Source: Synechococcus sp. A15-28
GTDB lineage: Bacteria; Cyanobacteriota; Cyanobacteriia; PCC-6307; Cyanobiaceae
Direction of reading: 5' to 3'
Length of the DNA stretch: 32,000 nucleotides
Assembly (NCBI RefSeq): GCF_014280175.1
Contig: NZ_CP047931.1
Span: 1,170,001 to 1,202,000 of the forward strand
Shown here: piece by piece, positions 9,964 to 20,215 of the stretch
Position numbering within the stretch: position 1 is the first letter of the stretch
How the letters are laid out: every line of letters starts with the position of its first letter
Program-made: the position numbers and the translations under genes
The notes under the pieces: model-generated
The model's input: only the letters and a program-made list of their open reading frames with translations
What the model was told of the DNA's origin: nothing
The model's database searches: none

Positions 9964-11285
9964 CCCTCCATCCATTGCCAGTCAGACTTGCTCCTCAACA
10001 ACGGCACGAGCCGCAGTTGAAGAGCCCCAGCTTCCCGAATCGATGCTGACCAGCTCTGGGACATCAGATCCCGTTTGATCAGATCAGCGGGCCGCACGCT
10101 GAGGGTCAGCTCTCGGCCTGCGCTGGAGCTGGTGCGATCCAAGGGCAGCGGAGGCCCACCAACACTCAGGCTGACGCGCTGCGGCGAATCCTTTGAAGGC
10201 GGGAGAATCCAACCTCCCAAGGACGCTCCACCAGCTCGAGACCAAACCACCGCTGGGCTGGCTGATCGACCATCCGGATTGATGACGTCCTCGATGCGTC
10301 GCTCCAGGCCACGCCCCTCGAGGGCATGGCCAACACGGCTGAGAACTGCCGCCAGATCGTGTCGTTTGAGCGTCGTTTGCAGCTCCAGATGCAGAACGGC
10401 CTGAAAGGGTCCGCTGTCCTTTGATTCCAGGCGAATCTGAATCGGAGCATCCAACAGGCTCTTCAACGTCGTCAGCGGGAGTCCGAAATTGGTCTCCAGT
10501 GATTGCTTGATCGAAGCATTGTCCAGGAGGCCTCCCAACAGCAGATCTGTCCTGGGACTGACGAGCCGTACAAGCTCTGATTGATGAACCACAGGGGTCA
10601 TGGGCTGTCGTTCGCTCCAACGGGACTCAGGCGCAACCCACTGCGCGGCAGCAGGTGCACGGTCCAGAGGACGAGACGCCACGACACCGAGGAAGCTCAG
10701 ACGCGTTCCGTGGCGGGACAGGCTGAGGCAACCATGAGAGGCCGACTGCAGCAAGGCAGAGATGGGGCCAGCCATCGTGGGCAAAGCCTCAGCAGACCAA
10801 AGCACCGCTGGCCCCTCGATCAGACGCGTCAGGCACTGTTTCATCAGTCTCGATCGAGGTGGGCGGCCCTTTCGAGACTGCTGCTCAAAAACACTGGCCT
10901 GCCCAGGGTCGGCGAACACCAACCGCGGCATCGACTGTTCGGAGGAGCGATTCGATGCTGTCGCCGGCAGCAGCAGAACGGCTGAGCCGCCATTGAGCCA
11001 GGCCGTCCACCAGATGGAGCCGTCACTGGCCGTCCAAAGACGGCTTGCCTCCTCAGTGCCCAGTCGCTGCTGCCATCGCTGGGGTGGTGGTTGCTTGGCC
11101 TCTACCCGATAGCTCTGCAGGAGGTCCGACACGGCCAGCAGGCGATGCAGGGTGGCTGGTCCACCAGCAGACTCGCGCCACTCTGGAGCGGACAAGCGCA
11201 CCAGGGGGAACACAATCAGAAGCAGCAGTGCTGATGAGGTGAGCGGGTGAACTGCAACCCAACGGAGACGCTTCGCCAACCCCAT
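9945..11285 (-). CDS. Hypothetical membrane-anchored protein (possibly DUF3352-like)
   Basis: 446-aa ORF with an N-terminal transmembrane segment (HPLTSSALLLLIVFPLVRLS) and a long Ser/Leu-rich domain. The family assignment is tentative. Confidence 0.65.
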   Translation of the reverse strand: MGLAKRLRWVAVHPLTSSALLLLIVFPLVRLSAPEWRESAGGPATLHRLLAVSDLLQSYRVEAKQPPPQRWQQRLGTEEASRLWTASDGSIWWTAWLNGGSAVLLLPATASNRSSEQSMPRLVFADPGQASVFEQQSRKGRPPRSRLMKQCLTRLIEGPAVLWSAEALPTMAGPISALLQSASHGCLSLSRHGTRLSFLGVVASRPLDRAPAAAQWVAPESRWSERQPMTPVVHQSELVRLVSPRTDLLLGGLLDNASIKQSLETNFGLPLTTLKSLLDAPIQIRLESKDSGPFQAVLHLELQTTLKRHDLAAVLSRVGHALEGRGLERRIEDVINPDGRSASPAVVWSRAGGASLGGWILPPSKDSPQRVSLSVGGPPLPLDRTSSSAGRELTLSVRPADLIKRDLMSQSWSASIREAGALQLRLVPLLRSKSDWQWMEGQLADP

Positions 11286-11427
11286 GACAGCGTTATCGAC
11301 CTCGACGTCTGTCTCGCCACTCGACGACGGACAGATAGATCACGGAAACAGTGACGAAAACAAGGAGAACTGTTGCGGTGATCTCCAGCCCCTGAGTGAG
11401 CGTGAACGTCGCAGGACCGTTCAAAGC

Positions 11428-11529
11428 CTCAGAAGTTCAGCGTTCCGTCGCCATTGCGACCCCACACCACCATGGCGATGGAGAAGCTGAACATGGCGGC
11501 GAGCGATGCCCAGGCAACGGTGAAGAGCA
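11428..11529 (-). CDS. petN: Cytochrome b6-f complex subunit 8 (PetN), 33 aa, missed by ORF track
   Basis: Reverse-complement translation gives [33 protein letters not shown]. The [11 protein letters not shown] core is diagnostic of PetN. Confidence 0.93.
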
Positions 11530-11602
11530 TGAACTTGAATTCCTCGATGGGCGGATCCTACCTAGGGTCCACGACAAACTTTCTTCGTTTGAAGCAACTG
11601 TC

Positions 11603-11899
11603 ATGAGCAGCTCCAGTCCTGGCTCAGCGTCGTTGCTTGAGCGCCAGAGCACCACCCAGCGTTATCCCCAGGCCCGTGTGATCGTTCTCGATGACGACGT
11701 CAACACGTTTCAGCATGTCGTGGACTGTCTGCGGAAGATCATTCCGGGCATGAGTGAGGAGAAGGCCTGGAACCTCGCCAATCGCATCGACGGACAGGGG
11801 GCAGCTGAAGTGTGGTGCGGTCCACTCGAACAGGCCGAGCTCTACCACCAGCAACTCTCCGCAGAGGGGCTGACCATGGCTCCCCTCGAACGCTGCTGA
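11603..11899 (+). CDS. clpS: ATP-dependent Clp protease adaptor protein ClpS
   Basis: ARVIVLDDDVNTFQHVVDCLRKIIPGMSEEKAWNLANRIDGQGAAEVWCGPLEQAELYHQQLSAEGLTMAPLE is the ClpS core. ATG at 11603. Confidence 0.93.
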   Translation: MSSSSPGSASLLERQSTTQRYPQARVIVLDDDVNTFQHVVDCLRKIIPGMSEEKAWNLANRIDGQGAAEVWCGPLEQAELYHQQLSAEGLTMAPLERC

Positions 11900-11901
11900 T
11901 C

Positions 11902-12132
11902 TCAGGCTGCCGGTTTCCGGCTTGCTTTGGTCAATCGCAGAAGATCCACGGTCTGCAGCCGTTGCGTCTGGGCATCGAGAACAAATCGCACCACCCGACC
12001 AGGGCAGAACGCCAGTCCCCGCACTTCCCGGCCATGCAGTTCAGCCGTCAGCATCCTCGCTTCAGAACCGCAACGCTCCACCAACGGACCGGACACAGTG
12101 CGTCGCAGTGCATCGACTGATTTGAGCATCAC
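11902..12132 (-). CDS. Conserved hypothetical protein (about 76 aa)
   Basis: ORF MLKSVDALRRTVSGPLVERCGSEARMLTAELHGREVRGLAFCPGRVVRFVLDAQTQRLQTVDLLRLTKAS fills the gap between two assigned genes. Confidence 0.6.
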   Translation of the reverse strand: MMLKSVDALRRTVSGPLVERCGSEARMLTAELHGREVRGLAFCPGRVVRFVLDAQTQRLQTVDLLRLTKASRKPAA

Positions 12133-12140
12133 GGCCACAG

Positions 12141-12479
12141 GTGGCTCACTCCGGCATAGCCAGGCTGGCTAGCGTTGTTTCGTTCAGCGGATTTCCTCAA
12201 GGTTTGGGCCGGGTCGTCATCACCCACAGCACCTACGTGGATGGGTTGATTCCCTGGTTGAAAAGCCTGGCCAAGGATCGGCGCATTCAGACGGTGACCC
12301 CGGCGGTGATCAATCGGGTCAAGGGGCGAAGTCAGACCCTTCAACTCAGGGTTTCAACCCCGATCCGTGGCGGATTCAAGCTGATGGCTCGCAAGGGAAG
12401 CAGTGTTCAGGAGGTTTTCGTCGTGACCGAGCTGGAGCAGAGTCAGCTGCAGCAGGTTGTGGATGAGCACCGTCCCTGA
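12141..12479 (+). CDS. DUF2103-like protein (predicted metal-binding)
   Basis: GRVVITHSTYVDGLIPWLKSLAKDRRIQTVTPAVINRVKGRSQTLQLRVSTPIRGGFKLMARKGSSVQEVFVVT resembles DUF2103. The start may be internal. Confidence 0.75.
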   Translation: MAHSGIARLASVVSFSGFPQGLGRVVITHSTYVDGLIPWLKSLAKDRRIQTVTPAVINRVKGRSQTLQLRVSTPIRGGFKLMARKGSSVQEVFVVTELEQSQLQQVVDEHRP

Positions 12480-12490
12480 TCGGCTGCTGA

Positions 12491-12721
12491 TCAATGGCCC
12501 TCGGCCATTCGGCATGCGTCCGGGAACGACACTCTGATTTCAGGCTGACTGGCACAGAGCTCAGCCCAGTCCGCCCGTCGAAAGCATTGGGGAAGGATGG
12601 CGCGGCAAGCCACCTGTGCTTCATCAGGAAGGAAACGGACTGGCTCGGTTTGAGCCAGAACAAGTCCGATCACAACCAGCAGCGTTGGCATCCTCAGCCT
12701 GGGAAAAGGGTGAACCGCCAT
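12491..12721 (-). CDS. Small secreted hypothetical protein
   Basis: MRMPTLLVVIGLVLAQTEPVRF leader, then a short domain with two Cys. It fills the gap to purK. True start uncertain. Confidence 0.45.
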   Translation of the reverse strand: MAVHPFPRLRMPTLLVVIGLVLAQTEPVRFLPDEAQVACRAILPQCFRRADWAELCASQPEIRVSFPDACRMAEGH

Positions 12722-12910
12722 GCCGTGCGAGCCCCAGTGGTCGACCTGGAAGAACCAGAAGGGGCGACAAAGTGGGGTTTCGTTTCCGGCTGCATGGCCG
12801 GTCTACGTCACCGTCACGACAGTCTCCCCAAGTCGAAAGAGAGTCAGATCAGAGCACTAGAAAAAGGCCGTCACCAACACAGCAGTTCAAGCTTCAGCTT
12901 AGGGCTGAAT

Positions 12911-14074
12911 TCAACCGGAGGATGGCCAGATCCCGCGGATCAGCTCCAGTGCGGCCTGGGCTTGCTGCTCACGCTGTTTGGCATCGGGTCCCGGGAGGAG
13001 CACGGTCACGTGACCAAGCTTGCGACCAGGAGTTTCCGGTGTTTTGCCGTACCAGTGCAGGTGCGCATCCGGCAGAGCCGCCAAGGCATCCAGCCGCTGC
13101 TCCAGGGATCGGGAGGGATTCTCAAGCCCCAGCAGATTCACCATCAGGGCACCATTGCTGGTGAGTTCAGGGGCTGGCACCGGTAGACCGGCCGCAATGC
13201 AAACCTGTTGATCGAACTGACTGCTGCTGCAGGCTTCAATCGAAAAGTGGCCGGAGTTGTGAGTACGAGGAGCCACCTCGTTCACCTGCAGACCGTCGGG
13301 ACCGAAGAAAAACTCCAGGGCCAGAACCCCCACATAGTTGAGTTTGGTGAGCAGAGACGCGGCCACGTTGTAGGCCTGAGCCTCCACCCCTTGATCCACC
13401 GCCGCTGGAGCCAGAACCCAGTCACAGACTTGCTGACTTTGATGGGTTTCCACCAGGGGGAAGCTGCGGACCCGTCCCTGGGCATCACGACTCACCACCA
13501 GCGCCAGCTCCCGTTCGTACGTCACCCAGCACTCCAGCAGCCAGTCGTCGCCGTCCACACTGCGGATCAAACGAGCCAGGTCTTCAACGGACTCCACGAC
13601 AACGGTCCCCTTGCCGTCGTATCCGCCGTGGGCCGCCTTGGCCATCACCGGAAATGACCAACCTTTCGGCAGGGCTGGCTGGGCCGCGGAGATCTGACTC
13701 AACGGACACCAGGGTGGTGCGGCGATGGCGAGATCCGCCAGAAGCTGGCGCTGCGACAGCTTGTTGACCAGTGGAGAGAGGGCGGCGAGGGCCGGTCGGA
13801 ACCGTACCCCCTGCTGTTCGAGGGGGATGAGGGCGTCGATGTTGACCCACTCGTTTTCGAAGGTGACCCCCTGGCAACCCACGACAAGTTGGCGGGTTCC
13901 GGCCACATCGCGAGGATCCGCTGTCACCTGACGGGATGCACCGGCACAGGCGGGGTCGTCAGTGGAACCGGTCTGAACCGCCACGGCCACCTGCCGTTCT
14001 GCAGCAGCCTCCACCATCATGCGAGCGAGCTGGCCGCCGCCGACGACACCGATCATCTCGGCCGTGGTGGTCAT
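12911..14074 (-). CDS. purK: N5-carboxyaminoimidazole ribonucleotide synthase
   Basis: MIGVVGGGQLARMMVEAAAE, PVMAKAAHGGYDGKGT, EFFFGPDGLQVNEVAPRTHNSGHFSIEAC. Confidence 0.95.
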   Translation of the reverse strand: MTTTAEMIGVVGGGQLARMMVEAAAERQVAVAVQTGSTDDPACAGASRQVTADPRDVAGTRQLVVGCQGVTFENEWVNIDALIPLEQQGVRFRPALAALSPLVNKLSQRQLLADLAIAAPPWCPLSQISAAQPALPKGWSFPVMAKAAHGGYDGKGTVVVESVEDLARLIRSVDGDDWLLECWVTYERELALVVSRDAQGRVRSFPLVETHQSQQVCDWVLAPAAVDQGVEAQAYNVAASLLTKLNYVGVLALEFFFGPDGLQVNEVAPRTHNSGHFSIEACSSSQFDQQVCIAAGLPVPAPELTSNGALMVNLLGLENPSRSLEQRLDALAALPDAHLHWYGKTPETPGRKLGHVTVLLPGPDAKQREQQAQAALELIRGIWPSSG

Positions 14075-14129
14075 TCCCCATGGGTGCGCAATCCTCCGCA
14101 GCTTGCCACTCAATGGAGCGCCTGACCTC

Positions 14130-15017
14130 TCAGATCAGGGCACGGTCGCCACTGAAGGCCAGACGCACCAGGGTGAAGAGCATCACCACCAGGAACAACG
14201 CCAGACCGAGGGTGCAGGCGTAACTGATCTCCAGTTCGGCGAAGGCCTGGTCGTACACGTAATAAACGATCGTCCGGGTTGAATCTGCAGGCCCACCCTG
14301 GGTCATCAGGAACACCTCCTCGAACACCTTCGTGGCCGCAATGGACGACACCACAGCGACAAGGGAGACATAGGGCCGCAGCAGGGGCAGGGTGATGTCC
14401 ACGTGCTGACGCCATCCCTCACTGCCGTCGAGCTCCGCCGCCTCGTAGAGCTCTTTGGGGATGCCCTGCAAACCCGCCAGAAAGATCACCATGTAATACC
14501 CGAGCCCTTTCCACAACGTCACCACCATCACTGCCGGCAAAGCCAGCTGTGGTGACGTCAGAAAACCGATGGGGGTGAACGACGGGCCGATCAGTTCGGC
14601 AAGCCATCCGTTGATCAGACCGTTTTCTGCATAGAGCCAACGGAAGGCGATGGCTGCCACCACGATCGACACCAACACCGGTGTGTAGAAGGCGCCGCGC
14701 ATCAGGTGACTGCCGGGCAGACCGCGGTTCACCAGAACCGCCAGAGCCAGTGAACCGAGAACAATCGGCGGAACAACTCCGCAGAGATACAGAAACGTGG
14801 TGAGCAGCACCCGCCGCACCATCGGATCCAGGAGGAGCCGCTGCAGGTTGGCCAAGCCGACGAAGCGGAGTGGCTCGCTCACGTCCAGGCCGGACGCGGT
14901 GAAGCTCATCACCAGAGCCATGAGCGCCGGGAGCAGAACCGAGAGACTGATCAGCACCAGGGCCGGCAACAGAAACGCCCAGGCAACGAGACTGCGGCGC
15001 AACGTTCCAACCGACAC
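14130..15017 (-). CDS. Carbohydrate-type ABC transporter permease (MalF/UgpA-like)
   Basis: [33 protein letters not shown], and the [24 protein letters not shown] loop typical of sugar permeases. Confidence 0.9.
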   Translation of the reverse strand: MSVGTLRRSLVAWAFLLPALVLISLSVLLPALMALVMSFTASGLDVSEPLRFVGLANLQRLLLDPMVRRVLLTTFLYLCGVVPPIVLGSLALAVLVNRGLPGSHLMRGAFYTPVLVSIVVAAIAFRWLYAENGLINGWLAELIGPSFTPIGFLTSPQLALPAVMVVTLWKGLGYYMVIFLAGLQGIPKELYEAAELDGSEGWRQHVDITLPLLRPYVSLVAVVSSIAATKVFEEVFLMTQGGPADSTRTIVYYVYDQAFAELEISYACTLGLALFLVVMLFTLVRLAFSGDRALI

Positions 15018-15083
15018 TGGCCTGAGGTTACGGCGGGTTCACCGTCTCCGCCCGGCAGAGTGGTTGCATCGGCTGGACGCTCC

Positions 15084-16199
15084 ATGGTCGCCTCACCAAC
15101 TCTGCGTCGGATCTCCGTCGCTCTGGAACGCTACCCCTACGAGGTGGTGATCGGCGCCGGTGGGCTGAATCGCCTCGGGGACGAACTGCTGACAGCGGGC
15201 ATTCAGCCCGGTCGCCGGATCCTTGTGGTCAGCAATCCTGACGTGGCCGGCCCCTACGGAGAGGCGTGTCTGCAGAGCCTGGCCCAGCAGGGCTTCCATG
15301 CCGACCTGCTGGTGATTGATGCGGGGGAAGACCGAAAAACGCCAGCCACGGTTGCCGCCATCCACGACGCTGCCTTCGAACGGCACCTGGAGCGCAGCTC
15401 GTTGATGCTGGCCCTGGGGGGAGGGGTTGTCGGAGACATGACCGGCTTCGCAGCAGCCACCTGGTTGCGTGGAATCCGGGTGATTCAGGTTCCCACCACT
15501 CTGCTGGCGATGGTCGATGCCGCCATCGGCGGCAAGACAGGGGTGAACCATCCCGGCGGCAAAAATCTGATCGGCGCCTTTCACCAGCCGAGTCTGGTGC
15601 TGATCGATCCTGAGACGCTCAACACCTTGCCCATCAGGGAGTTCCGGGCGGGCATGGCGGAGGTAATCAAATATGGAATTCTTGGCGATCCCGATCTTTT
15701 CCACTGCCTGGAGGAAGGGCCTGAACCCGATTCAGCTCCGGGCCTGGGCAGCGGCCGGCTTGAAATCATTCTGGAACGATCGGCAGCGGCCAAAGCACGG
15801 GTGGTTGCCGCAGATGAACGGGAAGGGGGCCTGCGCGCTGTCCTGAATTACGGCCACACCTTTGGCCACGTGGTGGAAACCCTCTGTGGATACGGCACCT
15901 GGCTGCACGGAGAAGCGGTGGCGATCGGGATGGTGGCCGTTGGCCAGCTGGCCTTGAACCGTGGCAGCTGGACCGAGAAGGACGCCGAGCGCCAGAAGCA
16001 ATTGATCCAGCGCTGCGGTCTGCCGACCGCGTGGCCGGATCTCAACCCTGATGCGGTGCTGCGCACTCTTCAGGGGGATAAGAAGGTGAAGGACGGTCGG
16101 TTGCGATTCGTGCTGCCCACAGCCATTGGCCATGTGGAGATCCGCGATGACATCAACCGGGATGAGATCCTGCGTTGTCTGGAGCAGTTGCGAAGCTGA
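15084..16199 (+). CDS. aroB: 3-dehydroquinate synthase
   Basis: [61 protein letters not shown]. Likely start at 15084. Confidence 0.95.
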   Translation: MVASPTLRRISVALERYPYEVVIGAGGLNRLGDELLTAGIQPGRRILVVSNPDVAGPYGEACLQSLAQQGFHADLLVIDAGEDRKTPATVAAIHDAAFERHLERSSLMLALGGGVVGDMTGFAAATWLRGIRVIQVPTTLLAMVDAAIGGKTGVNHPGGKNLIGAFHQPSLVLIDPETLNTLPIREFRAGMAEVIKYGILGDPDLFHCLEEGPEPDSAPGLGSGRLEIILERSAAAKARVVAADEREGGLRAVLNYGHTFGHVVETLCGYGTWLHGEAVAIGMVAVGQLALNRGSWTEKDAERQKQLIQRCGLPTAWPDLNPDAVLRTLQGDKKVKDGRLRFVLPTAIGHVEIRDDINRDEILRCLEQLRS

Positions 16200-17334
16200 A
16201 CCGTTCCGCTCGGGCTCCGCGGCTGAACAGGAGCCAGCGGAAGTCACCGAGGGCGGCAGGATCCACCAGCCGCAGCAGAGCCTCCCTCCGGCGCAGCGCC
16301 TGGGACAGGTCTGTGGCCGGTAATTGCTGCAGGGCGTGCAGATGATCGGCCAAACCGAGGGCAAGCAGCGCTTCGCCCTGTCTCCTCTGATCCCGTAACT
16401 GCCAATCGTGCTGCGCAGCAGCCGCCGTGAGGGTCTCAATGCAGAGATGGGCGGTGAGGTCCTGCTCCCCGGCATGGGCCAGGGGATCCAGTCCTGCCAT
16501 TCCGTTGCGATAGGCCATGAGCGTCCCGTCCGCCCGACGGGCGGCGTAGTAGCGGGAGGCCTCGAGGGCGTAATCGATCACCAGCAGAGCCCCGTCGGAC
16601 ACTGCTGAGGCCAGCGAAGCAAACCAGCGCCGCAGACTGACGTGCCATTCGGTGGCCCAACCGTCATCGCTGCCAGGCGGGGGCAGATCAATCCCACTGC
16701 GCTTGAGGTCCTCTTCCAGCGGGCTGGGAAGCGAAAGTGACGTCCAGGCCAATTGATCTTGCTCCGCGAGCACCACCCCCTGAAGCTGGAGCTCACCCTG
16801 ATGAACCACAAGTCGATCCACGGGGAAGGCATCGAGCAGTTCATGGGCGAGAACGACGCCTTGAACCGGTGAGGCCTGAAGCTCCTCGATTGAGCACCAG
16901 CGCACAGGACAACCGCCGAGCCCAGCAAGCCTTTGCCGCTGGCGTTGGCGAAGGGCGGGGCTGCGTTCGACGAGAACAAGCTCACAGCGTTCGATCAGAT
17001 CGGGGGCCAGGTGCGCCAGCGCCGTTTGCAGTTCAGCCGCAAGATCACCCTCACCCGGACCGACCTCCACCAACGACAACCTGACTGACTGATCCGGCAG
17101 GGTGCGCAACAGATCGATCAGCTGTCGGGCCAGCAGAGTTGTGAAATCAGGGCCCAGCGATGGAGAGGTGGCGAAATCACCCTGGGGGCCGATTCGTACT
17201 CGGCCGGATCCGTAGTAACCGTGCTCCGGGTGATATAGGGCCCAGTCCATGAATTGGCGGAAGGGAACCGTGCCACCGGCCTGGTGGAGAAGCGTTGCCA
17301 ACCAGGGAGGACAGACCGCAGCTGTCGGATTCAT
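16153..17334 (-). CDS. SAM-dependent methyltransferase, COG1565/DUF185 (NDUFAF7-like)
   Basis: [49 protein letters not shown]...[17 protein letters not shown]. Confidence 0.88.
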   Translation of the reverse strand: MNPTAAVCPPWLATLLHQAGGTVPFRQFMDWALYHPEHGYYGSGRVRIGPQGDFATSPSLGPDFTTLLARQLIDLLRTLPDQSVRLSLVEVGPGEGDLAAELQTALAHLAPDLIERCELVLVERSPALRQRQRQRLAGLGGCPVRWCSIEELQASPVQGVVLAHELLDAFPVDRLVVHQGELQLQGVVLAEQDQLAWTSLSLPSPLEEDLKRSGIDLPPPGSDDGWATEWHVSLRRWFASLASAVSDGALLVIDYALEASRYYAARRADGTLMAYRNGMAGLDPLAHAGEQDLTAHLCIETLTAAAAQHDWQLRDQRRQGEALLALGLADHLHALQQLPATDLSQALRRREALLRLVDPAALGDFRWLLFSRGARAERFSFATAPDNAGSHPG

Positions 17335-17365
17335 TGGAGAGAATGCCCGTCACTGCAGCAGGTCT

Positions 17366-18172
17366 ATGGGAACACATCGCATCGCAGGGCTGTGGGCTGT
17401 GCTGCTGACAACCCTGATCACGCTGACGGGAGGGCTTCCGGCCCATGCCTACGACAATCCCGAGCTACTGCCTGACCACCCCACCCCGGTGATCGATCTG
17501 GCCAAGGCGTTCACCGATCCCCAACGCTCCACTCTGGAAAAGAGGCTGAATGACGTGGAGGAGGCCACCGGCTGGAAGCTGCGGGTTCTGACGCAATACG
17601 AACGCACCCCTGGCCGTGCCGTCAAGGAATTCTGGGGGCTGGACGAAAGCAGTCTGCTGCTGGTGGCGGACCCCCGTGGAGGCAACCTGCTGAATTTCAA
17701 CGTGGGCGATGCCTTTTTTGCGTTGATGCCCCGCACTTATTGGGTCGAACTGCAGACACGATTCGGCAATCAGTACTACGTGAAGGAGCACGGTGAGGAT
17801 GGCGCCATCGTTGATGCTCTGAATGCCGTCGCGGTGTGCCTGGAACGGGGCGGATGTCAGGTGGTGCCGGGGCTTCCCCTGGAGCAATGGCTGTGGACAT
17901 TCACCACCTCAGCCGTGGGTGGACTGATTGCCGGATTTGCCGCTTATCCCCGCAAAGAAGGGGAAACCGTGGCCTGGTCCTGGTTGCTGCTGCTCTCCCC
18001 GCTGTGGGTGATGTTGTTCGGCGTGTTCGGCATCGCACCGGTGATCACCCGCACCTCAGACATCCTGCCGATCGTGAGGAATGGGGTCGGTTTCCTGGCG
18101 GGCGCCATTGTCGCTTATCTGATCGCTCAGGCGACGGTGGGGCGGCGGCTCAACCAGGAACCGGAAAGCTGA
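17366..18172 (+). CDS. TPM-domain protein, Psb32-like, with signal peptide and C-terminal transmembrane segments
   Basis: VIDLAKAFTDPQRSTLEKRLNDVEEATGWKLRVLTQYERTPGRAVKEFWG...ESSLLLVADPRGGNLLNFNVGDAFF. ATG at 17366. Confidence 0.82.
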   Translation: MGTHRIAGLWAVLLTTLITLTGGLPAHAYDNPELLPDHPTPVIDLAKAFTDPQRSTLEKRLNDVEEATGWKLRVLTQYERTPGRAVKEFWGLDESSLLLVADPRGGNLLNFNVGDAFFALMPRTYWVELQTRFGNQYYVKEHGEDGAIVDALNAVAVCLERGGCQVVPGLPLEQWLWTFTTSAVGGLIAGFAAYPRKEGETVAWSWLLLLSPLWVMLFGVFGIAPVITRTSDILPIVRNGVGFLAGAIVAYLIAQATVGRRLNQEPES

Positions 18173-18182
18173 GGGGAGATCC

Positions 18183-18920
18183 TCAGAGCTGGGTCGCGCA
18201 GGCGATGCGGGACCCGGTGCAGATGGCTGGAGGCGGACTCAGCTCGAGAGCGAGCTGTTGACGCTTCAGGTCTCGGATCCGGCGAAGTTCCTGCAGATTC
18301 ACGGTGTAGAAGGAACGCAGGCGCGAATACTTCTTGACGGGCTGACCATAGAAACTGCGACCGGCAAGGGTGGGGAATGAAGCCCATTCCGGAGCCAGCT
18401 TGGCGGTGAGCAGGGGCGTGAGTGTGCCTGCATCAGTGAGGCCGAGGGCTTTGCGGCGCTGAATCAGGAACAACGCGCCCTGGTCCTGCGCTTCAGGACC
18501 AAAGCCCCGAACACCGATGCTGCGCTTCACCAGATTCCAGGTGAACGGCATGAACTGATAAGCACCAGCAGCAGCGCTGGCGTAGCGCGATCGGTAGATC
18601 ACGCGGTTGGGATGGCGATCGAGCGAAGGCATGAGCCCCCCGCCGAACATCACGCGATACCCCACATCGAGACCACCTTTCCAGGTGCCTTCGGCAAAAC
18701 GGATGGTGTTGAGCATCGCCCGGCGTTCCGGGGTGATCACATAAGGAATGGCCCTGGACGGAGCGGTGCCGGGCTCACTCAGCAGCTGAGCACGGGAATT
18801 GGGAGGAAGAAGCGTCGCCGTGGACGGCGCTGGCGAGACAACAAGCGGAATGGATCCAGCGATGACGGCCGCGATAAGCGACTGACGACCGATCAGAGCG
18901 TGGATAACCATAAAAAGCAT
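18183..18920 (-). CDS. Secreted lambda-lysozyme-like muramidase / lytic transglycosylase (GH104-like)
   Basis: MLNTIRFAEGTWKGGLDVGYRVMFGGG...AAGAYQFMPFTWNLVKRSIGVRGFGPEAQDQGALFLIQRRKAL...APEWASFP. The FAEGT, GAYQF and SPxxQD-like positions match lambda R lysozyme. Confidence 0.75.
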   Translation of the reverse strand: MLFMVIHALIGRQSLIAAVIAGSIPLVVSPAPSTATLLPPNSRAQLLSEPGTAPSRAIPYVITPERRAMLNTIRFAEGTWKGGLDVGYRVMFGGGLMPSLDRHPNRVIYRSRYASAAAGAYQFMPFTWNLVKRSIGVRGFGPEAQDQGALFLIQRRKALGLTDAGTLTPLLTAKLAPEWASFPTLAGRSFYGQPVKKYSRLRSFYTVNLQELRRIRDLKRQQLALELSPPPAICTGSRIACATQL

Positions 18921-19126
18921 TCAGGGAACAGACACCAAAGAGGCCGAAGCGATCAGAAGCGGATGATTGCCTCCGGCGGGCGAAAAGAATACCTTTTCTT
19001 CCCTTCATGACTTTGTCGAAGACGAATGCAAGATCAATAGGTATATATGCCAGTCAACAAATCGGCCATTGCATCAGTGGCGTCAGCAAATGTCGCCGCT
19101 GAGTCATTTTTTTTATTTTTGCGTAA

Positions 19127-20215
19127 TCAATTACACAAAGACTCACCGAGCTGGATCAGCTGCTCCGCCGCCTGCAACGCGCCATCAGCCGCCAGTGGCT
19201 CCGCCTCCGGCGGAACCAGGGGTCGGTCCAGTTGCCAATCACCAGAGGTGAGTTGATCGCGGCTCAGCAGTCGGTGATGTCCATGTCGGATCAATCCCTG
19301 CATCAAGGCACTGACCTCGGCGAAATCACGGCGCTCCACCACATGCAGGCCCAGCTCCAGGGACAGGGCCTCAGAGAAGGTGCTGAAGCCCGGCTTGCCG
19401 ATGTGTCGCTCACAGAAGGGGAACGCATCCAGGGGACGAATTCCGTCAGGCAACAGCGTCAGGTTGGCGATACCGGCCAATCGCGCGGAGGTGTTCGGAT
19501 CGGGCGGACAGGCCATCAGGAAGTGATGATCCGGCCAGTGGGCGAACAGCTGCGGATCCAGATCCAGGCCCATGCCGCCGAAACCCACCTGAATGATCAG
19601 TTGATCCAGGGCCTCGAGCGTCTGTTGAAGCACGATCGGCAACGGCCTCGGGCTGCTGCAGACCAGGTCAAGCCGTTGCTCAGGCAATCCCCAGTCCATC
19701 GCGAGGTCAAAAGGACAGCGCAGCAGCAGTTGCCCGCACCTGTAGGACTCCAGGGCACGCTCCGCCATCAGCTCGAAGGCGCCGCCGAAGGGGCGATAGA
19801 TCTCGTCCCAGCCGAAATTGCTCATCCACACCAGAGGAGCATCAACGGCTTCAGCCAGCTGTGCTGCAGCGGGGGGAATGTCCCCCAGAATCAACACAGG
19901 CCGCCCCTGCTCCCGGATCCAGCTCGCCTCCGCTTGCACCTGCTGCGGCAATCGGGCATCCAGCTCAGCCAGGGCGATCAGCGTGGCGGACGGATCGGAA
20001 CCGAGGGCATCGGCCTGAACCATCCCGACATCCCAGCGGCAGGGGCGTTGTTCGATGTGCTCATCCCCCAGCAGCAGCGACAAAAACCCAGGACTGACCT
20101 GCGAACTCATCACAAGGCGCCAGTCGGGACGAAGCCGGCGCAGCTGCTGGAGAACGGCGGCATCCCTGGCGGCATGGCCAAAGCCATGGCTGCTGCTGCA
20201 GACGTAAATCAGCAC
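19127..20215 (-). CDS. Glycosyltransferase-like protein (GT-B / L-arabinokinase N-terminal-like)
   Basis: [39 protein letters not shown]...YVxIGKPGFST-type region 'ERHIGKPGFSTFSEALSL'. Confidence 0.7.
   Translation of the reverse strand: MLIYVCSSSHGFGHAARDAAVLQQLRRLRPDWRLVMSSQVSPGFLSLLLGDEHIEQRPCRWDVGMVQADALGSDPSATLIALAELDARLPQQVQAEASWIREQGRPVLILGDIPPAAAQLAEAVDAPLVWMSNFGWDEIYRPFGGAFELMAERALESYRCGQLLLRCPFDLAMDWGLPEQRLDLVCSSPRPLPIVLQQTLEALDQLIIQVGFGGMGLDLDPQLFAHWPDHHFLMACPPDPNTSARLAGIANLTLLPDGIRPLDAFPFCERHIGKPGFSTFSEALSLELGLHVVERRDFAEVSALMQGLIRHGHHRLLSRDQLTSGDWQLDRPLVPPEAEPLAADGALQAAEQLIQLGESLCN

Noticed and set aside
12494-13186. 230-aa plus-strand ORF overlapping purK and the small secreted ORF
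   Set aside because: No domain signature, and it is antisense to the conserved C-terminus of PurK.
18949-19126. AT-rich interval with poly-T (TTTTTTTTATTTTTG), GAAAAG/CTTTTC repeat and a MPVNKSAIASVASANVAAESFF frame
   Set aside because: Considered as a small gene or ncRNA. The repeat is only 6 bp, and the frame continues into sequence antisense to the glycosyltransferase, so there is no firm support.
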